Below the pieces are notes generated by a model. It was not told the origin of the DNA. It saw only the letters and a program-made list of their open reading frames with translations, and ran no database searches. The position numbers and the translations under genes are program-made. A stretch of DNA of 64,000 bases, taken from contig CAWJPJ010000005.1 in the NCBI GenBank assembly GCA_963844715.1, forward strand, positions 1 to 64,000, given 5' to 3'. Positions 54,540 through 64,000 of the stretch are shown here, one piece after another (positions within the stretch are counted from its first letter, which is position 1; every line of letters begins with the position of its first letter). The stretch is from an uncultured Phycisphaerales bacterium (GTDB taxonomy: Bacteria > Planctomycetota > Phycisphaerae > Tepidisphaerales > Tepidisphaeraceae).

Positions 54540-56394
54540 TCAAACAATCGGCACACCTGTTCTGGCCCGCGCTCTTTCCTGCAACTCCCGCAGGGCCGCC
54601 AAGTCTGCCGACAAATCCACCGACTCCCCGGACGATTCTATGCCCGCTTTTCGCAATTGGGCGATGAGTTGTCGTCCCTCTTCTCGTTGATCCTCTTCGG
54701 TCAGGCGCTTTAAGCAGCCTTCCAATAGTTCCGGCCCATCCGGCATGTTGGTCGCTTCGTTGGCCCATCTGAGGGCCAGGGCTTTTTGCTCCTCATCCTC
54801 GAGCAGAGCGAGGAACTCGGCCAAAATAACAACCCCCTCATCTTCTTGGCGCTGCCACATCGTTTCAGCGAGCTTCTTCAGTCCGGCCTCCGTAAATTGA
54901 GCCGGGACAAGACGTTGCTGCACGGAAGGCCAGTATTCCGGCTCGAGCAAAAGCAGGCCGATAATGAATCCCTCAGCAGTCTGCCGGGCCGTCGGTACGG
55001 GGGGCGGAGCATTGATATTCGGCTCGCTTCCCGCCGCAACTTGAACCGCCGGCCTGCCATATCGAGGTTGCGGGGCCGTTTTAAACCGCCGACTAAGCTG
55101 CTCGACGGGGATATCCGTCAAGCGGCTGACTCGCGCCAAAGCCGAGCCCCAGCGAAGCGAATCGACCGGCCCGGACCCGCGCATCCGCAAGGGTCTGCAA
55201 ATATTGTTCGACGGCCTGCTGCCGATTCGTCACCGAATCGCTCGCCTTCACCTGCCGCTCAAGCTGCTTCCATTTGTACGCCAGGGCGTCTGCGGCCGAG
55301 GCGAGCAGTTGGTTGAACGCATCCGGGCCATGCTTGATCAGATATTCATCCGGATCGAGCCCATCGGGCAGCGAGGCGATCGCGATTTCCACCGGCTGAG
55401 TCAAAAACAATTCGACCGCCCGATTGACCGCCGCTTCTCCGGCCGCATCGGCGTCGAAGATCAGGACGATTCGTCCGGCGTGCCGGCGCAGGAGGTTCAC
55501 GTGCTGTTCCGTCAGCGACGTGCCCAAGACCGAGACCACATTGCTGGCGCCGAACTGATGCGCCATGATCACATCGGTATATCCTTCCACGACCGCGACG
55601 GTTTGCGTCTCGACGATTCTCGGCCGGGCCAGATCCAATCCATAGACGCAGCGGCTCTTCGAAAACAGCGGTGTTTCCGGGCTATTCAGGTACTTCGCCG
55701 GGTCTTCCGATCCCGGCATGACGCGGCCGCCGAACGCGATGATGCGTCCGTTTTCGTCGCGGATCGGAAACATCAGGCGATTCCGAAACGTGTCGTAATA
55801 TCCGTCGCCGCGCTCGCGCGGCTTGGCCAGGCCCGCCAGCGCCAGATGCCGCGGCGAGAACTGCTTCATCGCAGGACTCGTCAGCAGAGCATCCCACTGG
55901 TCAACAGCCAGCCCGATGCGAAAGCGTTTGATCGACGCCTCGTCGAACCCGCGGCCTTCCAGATACTGCCGGGCGGCGAGCCCATGCTGCGGATGAGAGA
56001 GCAACTTTTCAAAGAACAAACAGGCGGCGGAATTCGCTTCCAATAGCGTTTGCCGCTCGCCCGAATTCTGCTGACCGGAATAGGCGGGCAACTCGATTCC
56101 CGCCGCCTCGGCTAAGATCCGCAGCGCTTCCTTGAAGTCGACGCGGTCGCGCTGCATCACAAAGTCGAAAGCCGAACCGCCTTTCTTACAGCCATAGCAA
56201 TAAAAGAATTGCTTGGATGGACTTACGTGGAAGGACGGTGATTTCTCCTGGTGGAAAGGGCAGAGGCCGACAAAATCCTTGCCTCGCCGCTTAAGGGCGA
56301 CGGTTCTACCGATCAACTCGACGATGTCGGTTGCCTGAAGAACGCTGGTCTTGCTATCGCCGGCGAAACTTTGCCCGTTTGGTCGCTTCTCCAT
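54540..56394 (-). CDS. dnaG: DNA primase (indel near 55180)
   Basis: CPFHQEKSPSF..CYGC, FRNRLMFPI, KYLNSPET, EGYTD, FDADAAG, DPD. Confidence 0.97.
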
Positions 56395-56654
56395 TGCCAA
56401 CGACCGGGTCTTCCCCTAAATCCTTCAGGGATAAAGCTTAATACGCGTCCCCAATGGACGCACAGTGCCAAATATATCACCCGATGGTTAAGGGGTCAAA
56501 TATTCAATCCGCAATCAACACAAAAGTCCCGTAACCTCCACAAGTTATAAAAATCTTCATTCTCCCGATCATTGCTTCGGATATTATCGGACGGCACACA
56601 ACGTAACAAAGGTCACAATCCCCACGCTAAGTTGGGGTAGTTTGGGAACTAACT

Positions 56655-57065
56655 ATGACCCGTTTTACCTTGGACGCAAACACAGACGGCAGCGATCACA
56701 TTGTCAACCTGAGTCCGCTGCTTAAGCCGAAGGTCAGCCAGCTTAAAGGGGAGGGGGTTCTCCACCTTTTCCTGGTTGGAAGTACCGCCGCCCTGACGAC
56801 GTTGGAGTACGAGGCCGGGCTGGTGAAGCATGACATGGCCGAGGTGCTTCAGCGCCTTATTCCTGACGACGTCCAGTATCAGCATGAAGCCACCTGGAAC
56901 GACGACAACGGGCATAGCCACGTGCGCGCCGCCCTCATCGGCCCGAGCCTGACCATTCCATTTGGACAGGGGCGGCTCCTCACCGGCGAGTATCAGCAGG
57001 TTGTTTTGATGGAGTTCGACACGCGTCCGCGCAAACGCGCGATTATTTGCACCGTGCTTCCGTGA
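56655..57065 (+). CDS. YjbQ/UPF0047 family protein
   Basis: GSTAALTTLE, DNGHSHVRAAL, GEYQQVVLMEFD. Confidence 0.9.
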   Translation: MTRFTLDANTDGSDHIVNLSPLLKPKVSQLKGEGVLHLFLVGSTAALTTLEYEAGLVKHDMAEVLQRLIPDDVQYQHEATWNDDNGHSHVRAALIGPSLTIPFGQGRLLTGEYQQVVLMEFDTRPRKRAIICTVLP

Positions 57066-58560
57066 GCGATCGCAAATCCGCTGCTGCGCGCTCGATCGGG
57101 CTGGTCCAATCGTCCCACGCGGTCTGGCGATAGAGCTTCAGGGTCGGATACCAGGGAGAACTTTCTCGATCCAGCAGCCAGCGCCAATCGGGGATTCGTT
57201 TCAGGAGCACCCAGGCGGGTTTCCCCATGGCTCCGGCCAATTGCGCTGCGGCTGTATCGATGGTGATGAGCAGGTCCAAATGGTGGATTACCGCGGCCGT
57301 ATCGGCGAAATCTGAGATTTGAGATTTGAGATTGATTACATTTGGATCCGCAAGGCCGTCCTGCAATCCGAAAAACTGGACGTTTGGATTCGACAGGGGT
57401 TTGAGCGACTCGGGCGGGATCGATCGACCGTAGGGCAGCGGGCGGCCCGACCAGGCTAATCCCACTTTCAACCTTTTGCCTGCGCCGGCCATCGCCGGCT
57501 TCCATTTCTCGACGATTTCCGGATCCGCTTTTAGGTAGGGAACGTCTGCCGGAATCGAGTCTAATCTTGTGGCAAACGCGAAGGGTAAGCTGAAGAGCGA
57601 GGATTGATAGTCATACTCCGGTATGTCCTCTTCGGGTCGGAGTAATCGAATCGGGCAGGGGAGGCTTCTCAAAAGCCGATGCAAAACCACCGGGCACGCC
57701 AGGATCAGATTTGCCCCGCGCTGGGCCAGCAAGGGCAAATAGCGGGCAAACCAGATCGTGTCGCCAAACCCCTCCTCGGCGTACAAAAAGATTGTCTTGC
57801 CTTGCAATTCCTGTCCCGCCCATTTCGGCACTTCAATTCGGGCCGCTGCGGCGCACCTTTTAATCGCACGCGCCATTCATACTCCGGCAAGCCGTTCTCA
57901 TAATCCCCGCGGGTCAGAAGCACCTGGGCCAGATTCCAATGGCCGTCGGGATAATTGGGATCGAGCTTAATCGCCTTACGGCAAGCCTCTTCGGCCTGCT
58001 CAAGTTCCCCGACGCACAACAGGGCAAATCCCAACCCCGCCCACGCCTGCACGGAGTTCGGATTCATTTCGATCGGCCGGCGATATGCGGCGATCGCTCC
58101 CGCCAAGTCATTCATACCCGCCAGCACCGCGCCTAGATTTCCATACGCCTCGGCAAAATCGGGGCGGATTTCGACGGCCTTGCGATAGCTTGCCGCTGCC
58201 GATGCAAATTCCCGCTTGTCGGCGAGGGCCTTGCCGAGATTGAAATGTCCGCGCACCAGTTTTGGATCGAGTTCAACGGCTTTGCGGTACGCGGCGATCG
58301 CGTCGTCCAGTCGGCCCGCGCTCTTCGAGCGCGTTGCCGAGATTGGAATGCGCCGGGGCGAACTCAGGCTTGATTTGAATCGCCTGCTTGATCAGTTCCA
58401 CCGCCGACTCGGGCTGGCCGGTTTCCTGCATTATGACCCCGAGAAGATGCAGGGCATCGAAATCCTGGGGATTCTCGGTGAGAATCTGCCGATAGACCGA
58501 CTCCGCCGCCAGGAGTCGCCCGGCCTGATGGTGCTCGACGCCAGTCCGAATCGATGTCAT
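57043..58560 (-). CDS. TPR plus GT9-like glycosyltransferase (indels)
   Basis: TPRs, YEWR, EEGFGDTIWFARY, VGLAWSG, DFADTAA, DTAAAQLAGAMG, DWRW..SPWYP. Confidence 0.85.
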
Positions 58561-60102
58561 TTTTCCGCCACCCGCTGGTGCAGCGCCGCGGCCACTTCGC
58601 GAACCACGGGCTCCCAATCGCCAAATTCTTTCTGCCGGAATAATCGCATCGTGGGATACCACGGCGTTTGCTGGCCCGTCATCTGCCAGCGCCAATCCGG
58701 CACGCGCTTCAGCATCGTCCACACGGGTTTTCCCAGGGCTCCCGCCAATTGCACGACGGCCGTGTCGATTCCGATCACCAGGTCCAGTTGATCGATCAGC
58801 GCGGCCGTGTCCGCGAAATCCCTGATTCGATCGGTTGCATTGATTAGATCCATCCGCGCCGCCGGCGTTTCCTCTGAGCCTTCGCCAATCTGCAAACTAT
58901 AAAACCGCACATCGGGATGACCCAGTGGTTCGAGCATCCGAAGCGGGATCGATCGACCGGCTGGCTGCGCCGCCCGACCACACCAACCCAACCTTGAGCT
59001 TTCCCTCGTCTCGCGCAATCTCGTCAGCAAATCGCTCCCGATCCGCGGCCTCAGTCTTGAAATACGGTCCCGCCCATTGGTAATCTTCCGGCCCGGGCAA
59101 TCCGAACACGAGAGGTAAACTCGGCAGCGCACAATGCAGATCAAAGCCCGGCAATTGATCCGCCGAGGAGAAAAAGTTATCAACGCCCGGCAGACTTCGC
59201 ATCAATCGCAAAACCTTCGGCTGGCATGCCATCATGGCTTTCCCGCCGCGCTGCGCCACCAGCGGCGCATACCCGCGCAAAATGGATCGTGTCCCCGAAA
59301 CCCTGCTCCCCGTACAGTAAAACCGTGCGCCGCGCAAATCTCCGCCGTCCCACATGGGCTGGGAGAATTCGGCCGTGAAGGGTTCGAATTCCGGCACGCG
59401 CCGCCGCCAGTCATATTCCGGCCAGCCTTCTTTATATTTGCCCTGAAGCAGCAAGACCTGGGAGAGATTCCAATGAACCATCGCCGCCGCGGGATTTCGC
59501 CCCAGCGCTCGCTGATAAACGTCCGTCGATTCCTCCAGCTCCCCTCGGCTCAAATGCAATGCACCAAGATTCGTGTACGCCTCGATCAGATTCGGATCCA
59601 ATTCGATAGCTCGTCGGAATGAATCGCGCGCATCCGCGATTTTCCCCGCCAGCTGAAGGGCGATGCCCAGATTGTATAGATAATCGCCATTGTCCGGACG
59701 AAGCTCGGCGGCACGCCGCAACTCATCCATCGAAGCGTCGTATCTTCCGAGCTTGCAGTACGTATTTCCAAGATTATTCCGCGCGACGTCGTTGCCTGGC
59801 TGAATTTTGATCGCCTCTTCGTACGCTGCGATCGATTCTTCGAGCCGGGCCGCGCCTGCAAGGGCAATCCCGAGGTTATACCAAGCCTCGAAAAATTTTG
59901 GCCGCAGGGAAAGCGCCTTCTTCAGCGCCTCGATCGCCTCATTGGTTTTCCCCAGGCGTGTGAGAATCATCCCGCAGTTGCAATAGTCTTCGGCCCCCTT
60001 GTCGTCATCGTGGGTGGCCTGCCTGAAATATTGCACCGCCTCCGCCAACTTGCCGGAGCGGTATTCCTTTGCCGCCAATTGCCGCAATGCTTCACGGTCC
60101 AT
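58557..60102 (-). CDS. TPR plus GT9-like glycosyltransferase (indels)
   Basis: TPRs, GWPEYDWR, VGLVWSG, DFADTAALIDQLDLVI, DWRW..TPWYP. Confidence 0.85.
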
Positions 60103-61542
60103 CTACGACTCTCGTAGCGCCGCGACCGCCTCTTCGACGGCCGCGGTCCAGTCTCCACGATGCTTCTGCCTGAAAATCCGCATCGTGGGATACCACGGAG
60201 AGTCGTTTCGATCCAGCATCCATCGCCAATCCAACACCGGCGGCAGCAGGAGCCAGACCGGTTTCCCCAGCGCTCCCGCCAAATGCGCCACGGCCGTATC
60301 GACGCTGATCACCAGATCCAGTTCGCTGACCAGCGCCGCCGTGTCGCTCCAGTCGTTCAGTTCCGCGGTCCAATCGGTCGCGTTGAGATTCTCCGGCAGC
60401 GCCTCGGGCGCGATCCTTCTGCAAGCTGAAGAACCGCACATTGGCGGCTTCGGAGAGCACCCCCAGCTTTTCCGGTGGAATCGAGCGCATCGCGTCCGTC
60501 GGTTTCGACGCCTCCCCGGCCCAAACCAAACCGACTTTCTTCCTCCGTCCGCCTGGGGCGAGCCGATCTCTCCACGTCCGGCATTTGCCGGAGTCCGCCC
60601 AGAGATAAGGCACCTTCGCCGGCACATTCTCCGGCGTCGTTCCCATGACCCCGGGCAGGCTCAGCATCGGGCAGTGATAGTCATACGGCCCAACCTCCTC
60701 CGGCCGATCCGTCGCGACGACCTTTTCCACCCCGCGCAAACTTTTCAGCAATTCGACCAGCGGCGGCTGAGCCGCGACGATGACCTTCGCCCCCAATTCC
60801 GCCAGCAGCGGCGCAGTACCGCGCAAATTGAATGACATCGCCAAATCCTCCTTCCGGGTGAAGCAGGATTCGCTTTCCGGCGAGATTCTCGCCGTGCCAT
60901 GTCGGGCCTGGAATATTGTGCGTCCGCAAACTCGCATCGCGATAGAGCCAGCGATATTCCAATTGTGCCCACCCGGTGGCCCAGTTTCCCTCGGCGAGAT
61001 ATGCGTGCGCCAGCGCCCAGCGCATGGGGGCATCCTCCGGCCACTTTTCCAATCCGTCCCAGAGCACGTGTCGCGATTCGCAAAGTCTGCCCGTCCAATA
61101 GACGCCCTGACCCAGAATTAAATGCGCCGGCCGCAGTTCCGGGCGCACTTCGATGACCTCCCGATAAATCTTGATCGCGGCTTCCATCTCGTTTTCCGCC
61201 ATGAGCGCCGCGGCCAGGTTGTACTGCGCTTCGAACAGCTCTGGGGCGATCTCCAGCGCCCGGCGATAGCAGGCGATCGCCTCGCGTGATTTGCTCAGCC
61301 GCGCTGCGCCAGACCCTGGTTGCACCAATAATCCGCCCGCGCGGCTCGACTTTCGAGGCGCGGGCAAAGAGCGCCGCCGCCTCTTCCATGCGGTTGGATT
61401 CGAACGCCAGAATGGCCAGTTGATGCAAAGCTTCGGCGTGATTCGGGTCATCCGCCAGAACCTGGCGGAAGCGTTCCTCGGCCTCCGCCGGCCGCCCCGA
61501 ACGCGAAAACTCCACCGCTTCTTGCAGTGCCCGCCCCATCAT
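60103..61542 (-). CDS. TPR plus GT9-like glycosyltransferase (indels)
   Basis: EGGFGDVIQFARY, VGLVWAG, DLVISVDTAVAHLAGALG, SPWYP. Confidence 0.85.
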
Positions 61543-61601
61543 ATTCCGCTATTTTATTACATCAGTGATATCCTGTATGCTTTATTTTTGGAGAGATTTA
61601 A

Positions 61602-62429
61602 ATGCGTTTTTTCGCTGCATTCGCGGGTTTACCGATGATTTTTCTTATTTCCCGCCCCGTGGCGGCGGCCGAACGCTATGTCCTCCACGAAAAGCTGCAT
61701 GTCGGACAGGTGGTTTGCATCCAGTCGGATTACCGTCGCAGCGTTCACAGCATCTCCACGACGGGCGACGTCCAAACCCCCTCCAACATCGATTATCACC
61801 AGATTCTAAAGTCCACCATTAGCGTCCTGGCCGAAAAAGATGGCTCAGCCACCGAGGTCCGCGTTCAAGTCGACGCCAGCAGCCGAGACATCGAGAATCA
61901 TTCGGGCAACTTGAAATGGGTCGACAATAACTTCGCCGGGAAGACCATCACGTTGCGGCGGCTTGCCGATGACTCCATCGCCAACGATTTCACGGGGCAG
62001 GCCGACCCCACCGATCTCGACAATCTCAACGCCTATCTCAACCCCGACGCCGATTGCTATCCCGATCATCCGGTGGCGGTGGGGGACGTCTGGGATGCAA
62101 CCGCGAAGATGCAGCCCCATTCGGGCCTCGGGCCTAATGATCACATGCTTGCCGAATGCCGGCTTGACAGCGTCAAGAACGAGAATGGGCGGCAGATGGC
62201 GCAGATCACCTGCTCCTGCGGCGAGATTTTCCAGGAGGACGGCAACGTCGAGGAAGACGTCCAGTGGACTGCCGTCATGCTCACCGACATCGGCACGGGC
62301 CAGATCATTTCTTCCGATCTCAAAGGCTCCAGCACCTATTCGACGCCGGCAACCGAATCCACGCGCCTTTCCGGCGGTACAACCTTCCACGACATCGATC
62401 TGGTCATCCCCCCGACAACCCGCCCGTGA
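61602..62429 (+). CDS. Secreted beta-rich hypothetical protein
   Basis: Signal peptide; PDHPVAVGDVW; ends PPTTRP. Confidence 0.7.
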   Translation: MRFFAAFAGLPMIFLISRPVAAAERYVLHEKLHVGQVVCIQSDYRRSVHSISTTGDVQTPSNIDYHQILKSTISVLAEKDGSATEVRVQVDASSRDIENHSGNLKWVDNNFAGKTITLRRLADDSIANDFTGQADPTDLDNLNAYLNPDADCYPDHPVAVGDVWDATAKMQPHSGLGPNDHMLAECRLDSVKNENGRQMAQITCSCGEIFQEDGNVEEDVQWTAVMLTDIGTGQIISSDLKGSSTYSTPATESTRLSGGTTFHDIDLVIPPTTRP

Positions 62430-62432
62430 ACC

Positions 62433-63341
62433 GTGGCCGGTATTATCGCGCCTGCGGATGTGATCCAACTCATCCACGGGGCGTTAGCGGCCGAAAATCA
62501 TCATATCTTGACGCGGATTTGCGCAATTTCATCCCTTCTGTTGCTCCTTTCCGCGACCCGCGTATCGGCCGACGCCCCGCAGCAGTACACCCTGCGCGAG
62601 AACTTCGCTGCCGGACAAACCTTCCACACCCGCATCGACGTCAGCGGCGACGAAAATGACGCCCTCACAAAGAGCGGCTCAACCTGGCACAGGGCTTTTC
62701 ATTATCGCCAGTACACGATCGTCGATGTCAAAGTCCTCTCCGTGCAGGATGGGATGCCGATCGACCTTCGCCTCGATGTAGACCCCGACAGCCACGATAC
62801 GCAAACCGACGCCTCGGGGATGAAAATTATCGACAACTGCTATGCCGGCGATTCCCTCACCCTCCATCGCAATCCCGATGGGAAGTTCAAGCAGAATTTC
62901 CGCGGAAAAACGAACGTTAGCGATGAATCCCAGGTCTTTAAACTTATGCACGTCGAGGACGTGATTCTTCCCGATCATCCGGTCGCCGTCGGGGATATGT
63001 GGGAGCCTAAATTTGTGGAATTTTTCAAGCTGCCCCCGCATGTGCAGATGATGGCGCAATGCCAGCTCGGTTCCGTATCCCAGGATGACGGCAAGCCTGT
63101 GGCCACGATCGATCTCTCGCTGGCGGGCCTCCGTGAGGGGCGAGCGGAACTGGAACAGGACATCGAAGTCTCCGGCGTATTCCGCGTGGACATCAATTCC
63201 GGCCGAGTCATCTCGTGGAGCGAAACCACCACCGGAACCAATTCGAATCCGCCGGGAATGCCGGTTGAAATCTCCGGCGGCTGGACCGCCAGGGATTCCA
63301 TGGTTTCCATTCCCGCGGCCCCTCCCGCCACGCAACCTTAA
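62433..63341 (+). CDS. Secreted hypothetical protein, paralog of 61602-62429 (true start probably near 62508)
   Basis: Signal peptide; PDHPVAVGDMW; ends PPATQP. Confidence 0.7.
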   Translation: MAGIIAPADVIQLIHGALAAENHHILTRICAISSLLLLLSATRVSADAPQQYTLRENFAAGQTFHTRIDVSGDENDALTKSGSTWHRAFHYRQYTIVDVKVLSVQDGMPIDLRLDVDPDSHDTQTDASGMKIIDNCYAGDSLTLHRNPDGKFKQNFRGKTNVSDESQVFKLMHVEDVILPDHPVAVGDMWEPKFVEFFKLPPHVQMMAQCQLGSVSQDDGKPVATIDLSLAGLREGRAELEQDIEVSGVFRVDINSGRVISWSETTTGTNSNPPGMPVEISGGWTARDSMVSIPAAPPATQP

Positions 63342-63411
63342 CAAGATCATTGTGGACAATCCGGGCAAAAGTCGCCACAATGCTCCGCCTTAAAACTTAC
63401 AAGGAGAATTC

Positions 63412-63738
63412 ATGGCCGAGGACACCACCGACAGCAATCAGCCCGCCGCCAATGTGCAGGTTCTTTTGGATGAGCGCGAGCTGCGGCAGATTTACAGCAA
63501 CGCCTATCGCATCCACGCCACCGCCGGCGAAGTGGTGGTCGATCTGGGCTTCAATATGCCCAATCCCAACCCGCAGGCCGGGCAGCAACAGCAGTTGCTC
63601 CTCAAGATCACCGATCGGGTAATCATGTCCTACGTCAACGCCAAGCGCCTGGCGCTCTCGCTCGGGCAATTGGTCAAGCGATATGAACAGCAGTTCGGCG
63701 AATTGACGCCGCCGGGCTCGCAGCGCCCTGGTCAGTAA
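63412..63738 (+). CDS. DUF3467 family protein
   Basis: YSNAYRI..T..EVVVDLG..RVIMSYVNAKRL..YEQQFGEL; AAGGAG RBS. Confidence 0.85.
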   Translation: MAEDTTDSNQPAANVQVLLDERELRQIYSNAYRIHATAGEVVVDLGFNMPNPNPQAGQQQQLLLKITDRVIMSYVNAKRLALSLGQLVKRYEQQFGELTPPGSQRPGQ

Positions 63739-63750
63739 AAGGCGAGGTCA

Positions 63751-63839
63751 GCCACAGATGGGGACAGATGAGCACAGATGGAAATGCAGAAATTGAATCT
63801 ATTTTTTTATCTGTTTGAATCTGGTTTTTGATCTGGGGC
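63751..63839. repeat. Hairpin element with three 10-bp ACAGATG units
   Basis: gccacagatg gggacagatg agcacagatg ... atctgt..atctgg..atctggggc. Confidence 0.75.
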
Positions 63840-63846
63840 GAGTGTC

Positions 63847-63999
63847 TTAAGCCGCTTCTTCAGTGACCTGGTCTCGGCCGTGAATCCCTGCCGCTAATTT
63901 CTGTGCGCTAACTGGTTGGTTTCCGAGTTCGCGGATTTCGACGGCTGCCGCGAGGGCGCCCAGATACGCCGCCGCTTGGAGCGATCCTCCCGCCGCCAG
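63847..63999 (-). CDS. C-terminus of a probable PfkB/HldE-like sugar kinase (partial)
   Basis: Manual translation LAAGGSLQAAAYLGALAAAVEIRELGNQPVSAQKL...EEAA*. Confidence 0.5.
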   Translation of the reverse strand: MAAGGSLQAAAYLGALAAAVEIRELGNQPVSAQKLAAGIHGRDQVTEEAA

Positions 64000-64000
64000 C

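Noticed and set aside
56400..56654. AT-rich dnaG-yjbQ spacer as oriC
   Set aside because: No recognisable DnaA boxes; consistent with a divergent promoter region
33813..63839. CRISPR array interpretation of the short repeat clusters
   Set aside because: Units are 6-10 bp with no unique spacers and no cas genes

Overview
GC-rich bacterial chromosomal window, most likely a planctomycete (Phycisphaerae-like). This lineage call is an inference from the TIGR03790-like, H-X9-DG, DUF3467 and PEP-CTERM content and the many TPR-glycosyltransferases. Many genes, including rpoD, dnaG and ftsH, are split by single-base indels, which points to unpolished long-read assembly errors rather than pseudogenes. 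Housekeeping genes: ftsH, lptE, bamD, hemB, hisH, aroK, pyrH, frr, rnd, a deoxyhypusine-synthase-like gene, udg, dnaA, moeB, rpoD and dnaG. Accessory loci: a circularly permuted ATP-grasp/alpha-E/transglutaminase operon, an ECF sigma/anti-sigma/pseudo-HtrA operon, a GAF histidine kinase with an ANTAR regulator, four SPINDLY-like (GT41) and three GT9-like TPR glycosyltransferases. The standout is a complete 2921-bp IS1-family cargo element (17512-20432) with 18-bp perfect terminal inverted repeats and an 8-bp target duplication, inserted in a PEP-CTERM remnant. It carries an XRE/HigA-ImmA metallopeptidase fusion, an unknown partner gene and a small basic protein. Its transposase and the XRE gene are driven by mirror-image promoters around one long palindrome, like a prophage switch. 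Other candidates: a riboswitch/attenuator before the DHS-like gene, a CsrA-binding sRNA, widespread leaderless starts, and several intergenic hairpins built from short tandem repeats.
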